Source: Patescibacteria group bacterium (GTDB taxonomy: Bacteria > Patescibacteriota > Gracilibacteria > Peribacterales > Peribacteraceae). From it: a stretch of DNA of 64,000 bases. The notes under the pieces were generated by a model. The model made no database searches, was not told the origin of the DNA, and worked only from the letters and a program-made list of their open reading frames with translations. The stretch is taken from contig JALQTW010000003.1 in the NCBI GenBank assembly GCA_023263945.1, positions 45,202-109,201 of the forward strand, written 5' to 3'. Both the position numbers and the translations under genes were made by a program. This document shows positions 1-9,799 of the stretch, in pieces. Numbering within the stretch: position 1 is the first letter of the stretch; every line of letters starts with the position of its first letter.

Positions 1-772
1 GTTCGTCTTTTTGGCGATCAATCTCATGTAAAATCGTGACACGAGATCTCCAAATATTAACCAAAAAAACTGTCAGAACGCATAAGAGTAGAAACAAAAA
101 AATAACAAACAAGACAAAGGGAATAAGGGTCTGTCTAATAAGACTCAAGTAGTCGCTAACATCAACGTCTATGCCAAGGATTGCAATTGTTTCCCCATGT
201 AATTTAATAGGGGCATAAGCTGAAAGAGTTGCACCCCATTGATCTAGTACAGGCTCTTTATCAGTAGTTGGATAGGAAGTTGCGTCAATTCCTAATTCGA
301 GGTTGTCACTGACGTCATATTCATCCCCTGGCCAAACTAGAGCATCTTCATCGTTAACAACACCGTCATGATTTAGATCGATTTTTGCGTTAGGGTCCAT
401 TGAATCTGCATCTGCAATAAATCTGAAAATTTTTCCACTTGCTGGTCTTAGCAGATATGCGAATTTAATATTCGGATTATAATTTCTTAAGATTTGCAAA
501 TCTCTAGTAACCTTTAAAAAAGCAGGCGTGTTAATAGCATCTGCATTTGTAATGCTATTCAAATCCTTTGGTTCAAATTTCAGAGAGCCTGTTGTGACAA
601 TTCCAATCAATCCCGTCTTTAGCTGTTTCTCCATTATATCTTGAGTCTGTCTGTATAAAATCACGGTAATGCCTATTGCCAAGATAGAAGCAGTCAACAA
701 GAGCAGATAACTCTTAGTACGAATATTTGTGCCTGCCGTACTAGCCGTTTCTTTTTTCTGAGAATTAGACAT
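1..772 (-). CDS. Membrane sensor with extracytoplasmic Cache-like domain, probably a histidine kinase (3' end runs off the window)
   Basis: Not in the ORF track; my translation reads MSNSQKKETAS...TM...NPNIKFAYLLRP...FIADADS...DLNHDGVVN...WPGDEYD...DQWGATLSAYAPIK...ILGIDVDV...TM...LHEIDRQKDE. The last words resemble the helix leading into a HisKA domain. TATAAT lies 7 nt upstream of ATG 772. Confidence 0.75.
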   Translation of the reverse strand, partial: MSNSQKKETASTAGTNIRTKSYLLLLTASILAIGITVILYRQTQDIMEKQLKTGLIGIVTTGSLKFEPKDLNSITNADAINTPAFLKVTRDLQILRNYNPNIKFAYLLRPASGKIFRFIADADSMDPNAKIDLNHDGVVNDEDALVWPGDEYDVSDNLELGIDATSYPTTDKEPVLDQWGATLSAYAPIKLHGETIAILGIDVDVSDYLSLIRQTLIPFVLFVIFLFLLLCVLTVFLVNIWRSRVTILHEIDRQKDE

Positions 773-815
773 TCCTGCCATTATATGCCTTTTTTGAGCA
801 AATGAAAAGCTTATT

Positions 816-3800
816 TTACTTTGTTTTATAGGCTCCAATGGCAAATAAACCAATTAAAGCGATATATATCACTGATACCCAAACCCAAGGAATAAATTTT
901 TGCGTCAAAGTCACCTTGAAATCATCAATTTTCATATCAATGCCTAAAACAGCAATCCCTCTTCCGTTCATATCTTTTATGGGCGCATATGCCGTAATGT
1001 AGGCCCCCCATTGATCACTCACAAAATCTTTCTCGAATTTTGGTTCTAACAAACTTTTAGCTATTTCCTTTTCATTTTCAGTGATTTGATATGTCGCCCC
1101 AGGATACACGTTCTGCTCTTCGGGCTGCATAATCCCATCTCCATTTTCATCAGTAAAAGGGCCAATCTCTTTACTGGAATCAGCATCTGCAACCCACTGC
1201 CAGACCTTTTCATCCGTTGTTGGTCGTAGAATCCATGCATACTCAACGCCTGGATTTCGCTTCTTAATTTCATTTAATTGAACAAAGAGTCTGCCATATT
1301 CAGGCGTTTGAATGTCGTTCGGCTCCTTTAGACTCTCTACATCGTGAGGGTCAATATGAGGTGCTGCTGTCGCCGCAATGGACATGAGTCTTGTGCCGAC
1401 TTCATCGTGCATGAGTCGTAATGTGTGGCGATACATCACATACGTTAGAAGGAGCGCAAAAAAGCCACACAGAAGAAGTGATGTAAGTATCCGCCTTGAG
1501 CAAAGAACTTTGAAGAGATCTTTTAAAAGGGATTCTTTAAATTTAGAAGGTCGAAAAATAATAATAGCAATTAACAGAATGACGCTTATCGCAAACAAAA
1601 TGAACATATTTGTACGTAATTTTTCAACCTGTGGCTTTGACATATCCACTGCCAAAACCGCCACGGTTCTACCCGAAGCATCACGTATCGGCGCGTAGCT
1701 TGAAATTTGAATTCCCCATATATCTTCGTAGAAGGAGGGCGTTGTGTAGGGGCCAGAATACGCCCTCATAATATCCGGAACAGGTGCTTCATTGTATGGT
1801 TGCCCCGGCCATGTGAGTACGTCTGATTCAGGTGAATCCGGAACACCAGGATCTCTCCCTTCATCTCGTACTTCAACATCGTTAGTCGGATCATCATCCG
1901 AATTCGCAAAGGGATTTAAGGAATGGGAATCGGACACAAAATCAATGAGATTCCTATCGTGAGGATTCTTACGGAGAATATAGACATAGAGAATATTGGG
2001 GTTTTCCTTCCGGATTCGCTCCAGAATATGCACCACTTTCGCCCATTCTGGCTTCTTCCAGTCGTCCTGCACTTGTAATTTTTCAACATCTTTTGCATCA
2101 ATCTGCAATGCACCAGTAACAGCAATGGACTGTATCATCTCCCTTGCGCGGGCGAGATTGACGGATTCGGTGTACCAATAGATGGCAATCGTAAGAGCGC
2201 ACGTACAAAGTACGTAAAATAAAGAAAAGAGAAGGAATTTCTTGTTATGCAAAAGATCCAGCAGTTCTGTGAAAAGGGAATCGCGCAGTTTCGACGGTCT
2301 GAACAAAATTAAGAGCACAAGAAGGCCGATAAACACGGAAAACGGTGCAAACGTCTGCGCGGAAAGAAGCGGCACTATGTCTGCATCCATGTCGACCCCA
2401 AGAATGGCAACCGATTGATCGTTCTTGTCTTTCATGGGAGCCCAGCCGGAAATAAATGTCCCCCACTTATCGGTGTAGGGCTCAAAGGCGGTGGGACGCA
2501 TCAACGCTTCGCGTGTTGGCGGCACACTCCCTGTATTGTCATACAATTCGCCAGGGAAAATGGGATCATCTCCCTGATTGATAACACCATTATTATCACG
2601 ATCATTCTTTGCAAAAGGATCACCAGAAGCAGAATCGGCCACAAAAGTATATTTCTCGCCTTGAACCGTAGGACGCATGATGTACACATAGGCGATTCTG
2701 TCATTCTGATTTTTAATCTCATTCAATTTTTTCACGATTTCCTTATATGCGGGCTTTCGAACATCCTCTGCATTTTGAATGGAAGTCAATTCTTCTGCGT
2801 CAAATTTAAGGACTCCTGTTGCTGCAATTGCAAGAACCTTGTCCTGCACACGTTGTTTTGCGGATTCCAAAGCATAAAGACGGAATCCGTATGTTACGAG
2901 GGCTGCAAACAAAACATACGCCACAATACTTGCAACCACCTTCTTCGTTTTTAAAAGTTCAAAAATTTCCTTCATGAGGGATCGATTAAAAATGGCAAGT
3001 CGAACGAGGCAAAGCAGAAACAGCGTAATGATAAAGATCAGGAGTGCATTAAATGTCTGATGCGATAAGTTATCCACTTCTGACGCTGCAACATCTGCAC
3101 AGAAAATTGCGACAGTATTTCCACTCTCATCTTTTATGGGAGCATAGCCGGATATCCACGTGCCCCACCTATCTGAATAGGGGAAGGAATCTGCGGTCGG
3201 CTCCTTGAGCGCGACAACAAGAGGCTCGGTTGTTATGTCTGGTGATACATAAGTGTATCCCGGATACGTTGTTGCATTCATGCCATCACGATCTTTATTA
3301 TGTGATTGGATTGAGAGAGAATCCGCATCTGCAACAAATTCAAAGGAATAAGGATCCTTTGTGGCCCTCATAATATAAGCATATGCAATGTCTGTATTGC
3401 TGCTTCTAATTTCCTGGAGAGTGTTTACAACACGCTTGTATTCACTTTTTGAAACATCTGGAATTGCATGAATCTGATTGATGTCATTGACATCAAATTT
3501 GGATACAGAATTCACTGCAACTGTCATTGCGTGCTCCCTCACCCTCTGCGTATTCAAATACACATTGTGTCTGTACAACGCATACGTCACCCCTGCTGCA
3601 ATACATGCACAGAGAACAAACGCGACCACACTTCTCTTGCTGAAAAGAAATTCCTTCAATTCCTCCAGTGTCTCCGGTTCTAACATTCTCTCTTCTTTTT
3701 GTTCAGGTGCGCTGCCAATCACACGCGGCTGGTTCCAAAGAGTATCAAAAAGAACACGCTCCGTATGGACAAGTTCTTCATAACGAATGATAGATGCCTT

Positions 3801-4487
3801 TTTCTCTGCATGATCAATACATGCAATGGTATTTCCAATAATAATTTTTTCGAAATTGAAGGCATAGGATTGCTCAGAAATAAGGGTTGTTTTCCTATTC
3901 TCAAACATATCGCGTGATTGATAGCGTCTCCCAAGAGGGGTGTCATACGCCAAAACACGCATAGAAATGCCACGTTTGCTCCGCTCTGCCCGCAATTTTT
4001 TATAGAAATCCTGATGGGGATCTTCCTCTTCTTTATAGATAACGGGTTTATAGACAAGCATTTCTTTCCCGTATTCCAACAATTTTAGATACGCCTGTTC
4101 AATACCTTCATCACCATAGAAATAATGAATCTCTGGTTTGCTGTGATCGATCTTCAAACTCGCAATGAACGATTCAAAATCCTCCTGTTTTCGCTTCATG
4201 ACTTCTCGTTTCTTTCGCATATCTTCTTTAATCCAATTCGCAATGGCGTCAAGAGAAGAAAGGACAAACTTCGGATTCCCGTTAATCATCTCCCGTCCAA
4301 TAATGTGTTTTCCCACAAGTTTCTTCATGGCTTGATCCAACACACCCGGTGATTTCCCCGTTTTCCCTCCAATCTCTCGAAGCGTCATGGCATGACCTTC
4401 CAAAAGTTTACGAAGGATAAGGATCTCCGTCCCGGAAAAATCCGCCTCGACGAGGTACGCTTCTATGCTGGCAGGCAATTCTGTCAT
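816..4487 (-). CDS. TrmB-family HTH regulator fused to four tandem TM-Cache-TM sensor modules
   Basis: N-terminal wHTH (TLREIGGKTGKSPGVLDQAMKKL) and TrmB-like effector domain (PEIHYFYGDEGIEQAY...FDTLWN). Then four copies of YxYI(M/L)R...FVAD...PG...D.WG..I..(Y/W)AP(I/M)KD..G..(V/I)A..G.D, each between hydrophobic helices. Confidence 0.8.
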   Translation of the reverse strand: MTELPASIEAYLVEADFSGTEILILRKLLEGHAMTLREIGGKTGKSPGVLDQAMKKLVGKHIIGREMINGNPKFVLSSLDAIANWIKEDMRKKREVMKRKQEDFESFIASLKIDHSKPEIHYFYGDEGIEQAYLKLLEYGKEMLVYKPVIYKEEEDPHQDFYKKLRAERSKRGISMRVLAYDTPLGRRYQSRDMFENRKTTLISEQSYAFNFEKIIIGNTIACIDHAEKKASIIRYEELVHTERVLFDTLWNQPRVIGSAPEQKEERMLEPETLEELKEFLFSKRSVVAFVLCACIAAGVTYALYRHNVYLNTQRVREHAMTVAVNSVSKFDVNDINQIHAIPDVSKSEYKRVVNTLQEIRSSNTDIAYAYIMRATKDPYSFEFVADADSLSIQSHNKDRDGMNATTYPGYTYVSPDITTEPLVVALKEPTADSFPYSDRWGTWISGYAPIKDESGNTVAIFCADVAASEVDNLSHQTFNALLIFIITLFLLCLVRLAIFNRSLMKEIFELLKTKKVVASIVAYVLFAALVTYGFRLYALESAKQRVQDKVLAIAATGVLKFDAEELTSIQNAEDVRKPAYKEIVKKLNEIKNQNDRIAYVYIMRPTVQGEKYTFVADSASGDPFAKNDRDNNGVINQGDDPIFPGELYDNTGSVPPTREALMRPTAFEPYTDKWGTFISGWAPMKDKNDQSVAILGVDMDADIVPLLSAQTFAPFSVFIGLLVLLILFRPSKLRDSLFTELLDLLHNKKFLLFSLFYVLCTCALTIAIYWYTESVNLARAREMIQSIAVTGALQIDAKDVEKLQVQDDWKKPEWAKVVHILERIRKENPNILYVYILRKNPHDRNLIDFVSDSHSLNPFANSDDDPTNDVEVRDEGRDPGVPDSPESDVLTWPGQPYNEAPVPDIMRAYSGPYTTPSFYEDIWGIQISSYAPIRDASGRTVAVLAVDMSKPQVEKLRTNMFILFAISVILLIAIIIFRPSKFKESLLKDLFKVLCSRRILTSLLLCGFFALLLTYVMYRHTLRLMHDEVGTRLMSIAATAAPHIDPHDVESLKEPNDIQTPEYGRLFVQLNEIKKRNPGVEYAWILRPTTDEKVWQWVADADSSKEIGPFTDENGDGIMQPEEQNVYPGATYQITENEKEIAKSLLEPKFEKDFVSDQWGAYITAYAPIKDMNGRGIAVLGIDMKIDDFKVTLTQKFIPWVWVSVIYIALIGLFAIGAYKTK

Positions 4488-4757
4488 AGCAATCGGTCAT
4501 GCTACCGAAGAAAAGGCTGAAGTAAAGCAAGGGATAGTTCTTTTGACATCAAAAATCAGGATCTTAAATGATATCTTTTGGCATAAGAATGCTAAAATAT
4601 CAATTTTATTGTATTTTATACGTTCTATCCTATCATGGAACAGAAAGAATGGCTTATAGAAGCCACAATAATGGAATCTTGATATCTGTGCGACAAAGTG
4701 AAGTACCAGCCAGAATCACACTTCCTCATACTAAAGGCATCAACTTCCCATCTCTGT

Positions 4758-7700
4758 ATGCCACGCTTGCCTTCAAGCCTTCCTGAATCGATGTCACAGA
4801 ATACCAACGTACCGCGACGATCCAGCGTTGTGGACTCTCTTCGAACAAGCTTTTCTTCTCTTTTTGGGAGGAGTACTTCACGATCTCATCATCACACGAC
4901 CCGAATAGAGCAGATGGAACCACGTTTCATGATGAACGGAGATTCCTCTTCTCTCTTTGTTCTGAGTCAGGAAATTCATGCATTGGAAAATCCTCAGGCA
5001 GAAATTGGATCCATAACTCCGGGAACAACAGATATATCGAAAGCAATGCCGGTAGAATTTATTACAGATGAAGTATTGGCACGGACAGGATCCATCATCA
5101 ATAGCGCGGAAGGACAAATGCGTTCGAAGGAAGAAATTTTTACGCGTATGACGGGAAGTCCGTATGAAGAAGGAATGCCAGTAGGAGATCTTCTCACGCA
5201 AGCATTACAAAAGACGATGGATACTCTGCGGAGCGATGTTCATGCATTAACAGAAATGACAGACTGGAGAAATCGAGATGATATGCTGAGCAATGCTTCA
5301 GCGCGTCTTCTTCAGCTGGATACAGATCTTGATGATGTCGTCTCTGCGTTTGGTAGTGAACTCCAAAATGTTCCTGCACTTTTGAGCAAGCGAGATAGCA
5401 TCTCTCATGAATTGGAATACGCACGCTCTATGACACCGGATGATGTGGTGCTCAACCCCGGTATCAACCGTGTTGTACAGATGAGGAACGTGCAGGCGGG
5501 ACGATTTGCAAGCGGAACAGTGATCGATCTCTCACGAGAAACCATCCGTGTAAGCACTCCGGATGGAAAAGATGTCCTTCTTACAGCAGGAGTTCTGCAA
5601 GGTGATAAAAAGGGTGGCATGTCTGCTGCATTCGTTGATGAAAACGGCGCACCCATCACGCGCAAGATCACCTACATGCGTATGGACAGTGCCAGATCCG
5701 CAGAGTTTGGTGGAACGTTGGTTCTCCAAACCTCCACAGGAGATATTCGGTTCAATCTGGAACAACGTGGCCCCCAAATTCTTCTGAATGATGCTGTCAT
5801 GGCAAAAGGTTTTCGTATTGAGCCGAACGGCCAGAAGACGGCCGGCGTGAAGCAGTTGGATTTCATTGATCCAACTCCACCTATCATCCTTCCGGAACAA
5901 TCTCCAACCGAAAGTGAGGACACCATCGATTTCACGGCATGGTCCTTTCCGGAACTTCCTGCCATGCAAACAGACATAGGGCAGCAAACAAAGAGCGATG
6001 CAGACACAGCACTGGGGACTTTTCTACGGTCATCCAATGATGTGCAGAATATTGAAAAGCAAATGAGCGATCTCTCCACTAAGAGGGAAACCGTACGCGC
6101 TCAAATAACAAATCTCCAGGTTGAGTTCCATACCATGAAAGAGGCAAGTGATCTTCTTCGTGATAAAACGGCTGTGTATACGCAACGCAAGAATGAACTC
6201 CTCACAGCACGAAATGCATCGAATATTGCTCTTGCTGCCTGGAAAGAGGAGCGGGGAAATATGGCAAAGAAGCAGGAATATGTGAATGCAAATGCACATT
6301 TTCAGGACGTGAAAGAGGCATATAACCGTGATAGACCTGTCTTTGTGGGAGAGATGGAAGCTGCATATCCTGCAGGCACGAAGGCACATTACTATCTCCC
6401 AAAGATAGACCAAAAACTTCGTGATCTCACAACGCAGGAAAGTAGCTATACCACACAGATTGATGGTCTCACGAACCAGAAAACAATTGCCGTGGGAAAA
6501 AATATGAATGATGCAACGAGTCTTAATGCATCCGTTGTATGGGCAGCAGAGTATGACGATGGAATGCTCGTACGAGGAATGCCAGACCTCACACGCATGC
6601 AAGGTGAACTATCGCAAAATGGCATCTGCACAGAGGCCACATTAGATCTTCCCGGAATTGGAGGAAGCGTGACTATTGAAGGATGGCAGGGTGTCCTCCG
6701 CGCAACACCGACAATGAACGGTCTAGCGGACGGTTCACCTTCCTTGATCAACGCACTGTCAACAAATGCACACGCACTATCGCTCGATTTTTCAGGCGCA
6801 GATCACCTTGTGACACGAGTCACCTTTACTCCGGAAAGTACAGGACCTGGACCACTCTCTGTCTTCGTGTATCGCGGAGAAGAGGAAGTACAAACCTTGT
6901 CTGTCTTGCCTGGTAAACAATGTCTTCTCGAAGAGGAAGGGGGTATTACAGGCATTGTTCTTGAACAATCGCCGGAACGCATTCCACAGATTGCACAGGA
7001 ACTGCGGAACTACCTTAATCAGCCTTTCTTCATGAATACCGTGAATGCACGTATCAATGAAAATTATATCAATCTTTCGTTCTATTCACCCTTCATCCCG
7101 GGACGCGAAGCAGAAACAGCCTTGTTCTTTTTCGACCGCTATCCGGACATGATTCTGGAAGAACAAACTGACGTTATTCAGGCCATGAAAAATGGCCCCC
7201 AAGGAAACACATTCTATCTTCATAATCTCGCCGTGGACGGACGCATGAATAAAGATCAGATCGAAGCGGATGCCATATCCCCCATCACCACCCACGCACT
7301 TGGTATGATAGGCATGGACTGGAATCCGAGCGGGAATTCCGTCGAGATGTCTCGTCGTTTGGGAAGCTCCGGCACTTTTGGCGGTGTCATGATCACGGAC
7401 TTCATGTCCGATCCTGCGAAATACCGCAGCATCACATTCCGGACGGACGGACGAAGTGGCTCTATGCCGACGGAACTGTATTGGATTGATGGAGACGGGC
7501 GCGTGTGCCCTCTCCCGAAGGAATACTATGCGATACAAGGCCGCACGATTGTCCTTGCACCTAATACGCCACAGTTCATCTATGGAAACGTGCAGCAATT
7601 GCCGACCTACAGTTATACGGGAGATGTTGCCTTTGCTGAACGGGCGAAAGATCTTCTGCCACCGGACCGCATGGCAGTGGAATACATCTTCAGTTACAAG

Positions 7701-9314
7701 AAAAACGGACCCAGTGGAGAGCAGGGATTCTATGGCCCCTTCATGAATACGCCTGCCAGCGGAGACTTTAAGTTTGGGTACGGGGAATTCCAGGGGAACA
7801 TTGTGAACAGGGGTACCCACGGTGGAGCGTTCACGGTAGATATTTATACGGGCATGACGGGAACTGCCACGGATGAACATGTAAGGACCTTCCAAGGAAC
7901 CATTGGCCCGCAACAAACGATAGGATTCAAATTTTTCTCCAATACCGTAGAGAAAAGTTATGTGACCGTTGTCCTCACCATGCCAGATGGCTCCAAATCC
8001 ATTTCTCAAATTGGCATTCCAAAGCCACACTTCCCCAGTGAGGACTCAGAATCTCCCGCGGTCGCTGCATCAAAAGCTCCACCGAAGGATGAGGCGACGC
8101 TACTCTATAACTCTCTGAGTAAGCTCTATGGGCCAATATACGTAGAAGCAGGAACATTATTTACAGAAGATGGTTCAGAGTTGATGCCGATTGGAACGGC
8201 ATCTACGGCACTTGTACAATTGGTGCAGGGTACGACATATGCGAGTGCGGATGTGGATACGGGGTTATCAACAACGATTCTCGCTTTGCACAACGCACCT
8301 TTCGATGATGTTAATGTAACTGGAGAAATTACGTGGAATAGTGGAGATATCACAGTGTTTGATTGGACTGAAAATCCTTACGATGGAGATATTTACACGT
8401 TACTTGAGCGACAAAAGAAACTTATCCCATTTGAATATGGACATGGCACAGATTACGCAGCAAGGCTCCAAGCAGACGCTACTAGCATGGCATCTCGCCT
8501 CTCGTCAGAACTGTCTGTACCGGTAAGTGGATATGCCTCAAGTTGGAAAAGGGCTCTCTTCGATGGATATGATTTGAATCATCCGGATGAGACTATGAAG
8601 TATATGTTGCAAGATGCATTGTATGGCCCTCCAGGCGCCGCTGTACTCTCTTCTTTCAGCACTCTTTTACATGTTGTTGATAGTATTGAGGAGCAAGCAA
8701 AACAGGACGTACAAGCAAGAATGGACATACTTACAAAGAACCCTGCAACGTACTCCACGGGCTTCTCCCAAGCGAAAGCGGAATATCAAGGTCTGGTTTT
8801 GTTAAAAGCGTTCCTTATCCTTGGCAATGGCATTACTCCCGATAACTCCTTTTGGGCTATTTTGGAGTGGGTGGGTGGCGAGGGAATGCAATTCCTTGGA
8901 AAATTTATGAAACCGGGCATGACGTATGCTCTGGAAGGATTGGAACGCGTACTTCCTGGATCAAAAGCAGCGGGACAAGCTGTTGGCAATTTCGTGAAGG
9001 CATTAGATGATTTTATCCAGAAATTTGATATGGAGTTAACGAGAGGAGCTGCAGAAACAATGGATGCAAATATTAATCAAGGACTGCGCCTCACAGGAAA
9101 CGCAAGACCGCTCAATTTGAATGAAAAATTGGCCTTGCAAGAGGTTATGGCCGACTATCCAAATGGACGTACTCTCAGTATAGATTTGACTGATCCTCGC
9201 TGGCCATCCTCTGAAGGATGGGTGAAAAAATCGTATCGAGTGAACGATATTGAAATTCATTACGTGTACAATACAGTCACTGAATTTGCCGATGACTTTA
9301 AATTCAAATATTGA
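4758..9314 (+). CDS. Large exported polymorphic-toxin-like protein (LEPR-xLL-like N-terminal motif, coiled coil, C-terminal toxin-like tip)
   Basis: RIEQMEPRFMM near the N-terminus; central coiled-coil-like stretch; C-terminus LNEKLAL...DPRWPSSEGWVK...IEIHYVYN...DDFKF, followed immediately by a small gene. Start uncertain (4758 or 4791; track gives GTG 4698). Confidence 0.7.
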   Translation: MPRLPSSLPESMSQNTNVPRRSSVVDSLRTSFSSLFGRSTSRSHHHTTRIEQMEPRFMMNGDSSSLFVLSQEIHALENPQAEIGSITPGTTDISKAMPVEFITDEVLARTGSIINSAEGQMRSKEEIFTRMTGSPYEEGMPVGDLLTQALQKTMDTLRSDVHALTEMTDWRNRDDMLSNASARLLQLDTDLDDVVSAFGSELQNVPALLSKRDSISHELEYARSMTPDDVVLNPGINRVVQMRNVQAGRFASGTVIDLSRETIRVSTPDGKDVLLTAGVLQGDKKGGMSAAFVDENGAPITRKITYMRMDSARSAEFGGTLVLQTSTGDIRFNLEQRGPQILLNDAVMAKGFRIEPNGQKTAGVKQLDFIDPTPPIILPEQSPTESEDTIDFTAWSFPELPAMQTDIGQQTKSDADTALGTFLRSSNDVQNIEKQMSDLSTKRETVRAQITNLQVEFHTMKEASDLLRDKTAVYTQRKNELLTARNASNIALAAWKEERGNMAKKQEYVNANAHFQDVKEAYNRDRPVFVGEMEAAYPAGTKAHYYLPKIDQKLRDLTTQESSYTTQIDGLTNQKTIAVGKNMNDATSLNASVVWAAEYDDGMLVRGMPDLTRMQGELSQNGICTEATLDLPGIGGSVTIEGWQGVLRATPTMNGLADGSPSLINALSTNAHALSLDFSGADHLVTRVTFTPESTGPGPLSVFVYRGEEEVQTLSVLPGKQCLLEEEGGITGIVLEQSPERIPQIAQELRNYLNQPFFMNTVNARINENYINLSFYSPFIPGREAETALFFFDRYPDMILEEQTDVIQAMKNGPQGNTFYLHNLAVDGRMNKDQIEADAISPITTHALGMIGMDWNPSGNSVEMSRRLGSSGTFGGVMITDFMSDPAKYRSITFRTDGRSGSMPTELYWIDGDGRVCPLPKEYYAIQGRTIVLAPNTPQFIYGNVQQLPTYSYTGDVAFAERAKDLLPPDRMAVEYIFSYKKNGPSGEQGFYGPFMNTPASGDFKFGYGEFQGNIVNRGTHGGAFTVDIYTGMTGTATDEHVRTFQGTIGPQQTIGFKFFSNTVEKSYVTVVLTMPDGSKSISQIGIPKPHFPSEDSESPAVAASKAPPKDEATLLYNSLSKLYGPIYVEAGTLFTEDGSELMPIGTASTALVQLVQGTTYASADVDTGLSTTILALHNAPFDDVNVTGEITWNSGDITVFDWTENPYDGDIYTLLERQKKLIPFEYGHGTDYAARLQADATSMASRLSSELSVPVSGYASSWKRALFDGYDLNHPDETMKYMLQDALYGPPGAAVLSSFSTLLHVVDSIEEQAKQDVQARMDILTKNPATYSTGFSQAKAEYQGLVLLKAFLILGNGITPDNSFWAILEWVGGEGMQFLGKFMKPGMTYALEGLERVLPGSKAAGQAVGNFVKALDDFIQKFDMELTRGAAETMDANINQGLRLTGNARPLNLNEKLALQEVMADYPNGRTLSIDLTDPRWPSSEGWVKKSYRVNDIEIHYVYNTVTEFADDFKFKY
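8016..8098 (+). repeat. 83-bp near-identical direct repeat, copy 1 (copy 2 at 9941..10023)
   Basis: 3 mismatches in 83 bp; last 50 bp identical (gaatctcccgcggtcgctgcatcaaaagctccaccgaaggatgaggcgac). Confidence 0.9.
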
Positions 9315-9316
9315 TT

Positions 9317-9724
9317 ATGAGAGTAAAATTTATACATCAACAGGGTGATGAAAAATTCTTACAAGAATTAAGAATTGCTGGCCATAATAAGAATACAAAA
9401 TTTCCTGTTATATTTAACAATGAATATATTGTTTATGGGATCTCATTATGGAAGGGGGTATTAGAGTATTTGGTTGTTAGTGATGAAATAAATCGACCTG
9501 ATTGGATTCCTGCCTTTCTGTTCGAAATTATTGATAACAAATGCCCAAGCAATTGGCTATTTTCATATCGACGAGACAAACATAGCATAGGACTTGAAGC
9601 CATTTGGGGATATAAAGAAATGGTATCAAATACTAATCATCATGATGATCTTATCGAAAGAACCACCGAAGCTCTTGCCCTATTTGAGAAACGTCGCAAA
9701 GAAATTGATGAAAATTATCTATAA
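9317..9724 (+). CDS. Putative immunity protein 1
   Basis: Small AT-rich gene abutting the toxin stop; homologous to 11251..11685 (EY.V..I..WKG.L.YLV...P.W.P..LFEI.D..CP..W.F...GLEAI.GY.E.V). Confidence 0.65.
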   Translation: MRVKFIHQQGDEKFLQELRIAGHNKNTKFPVIFNNEYIVYGISLWKGVLEYLVVSDEINRPDWIPAFLFEIIDNKCPSNWLFSYRRDKHSIGLEAIWGYKEMVSNTNHHDDLIERTTEALALFEKRRKEIDENYL

Positions 9725-9799
9725 ATCTGGCGTTTAAAAATTTAAGATGATCAATTCCGAGTAAGATAATGTAAAAAAGAGTCTTATATCATATAGTGT

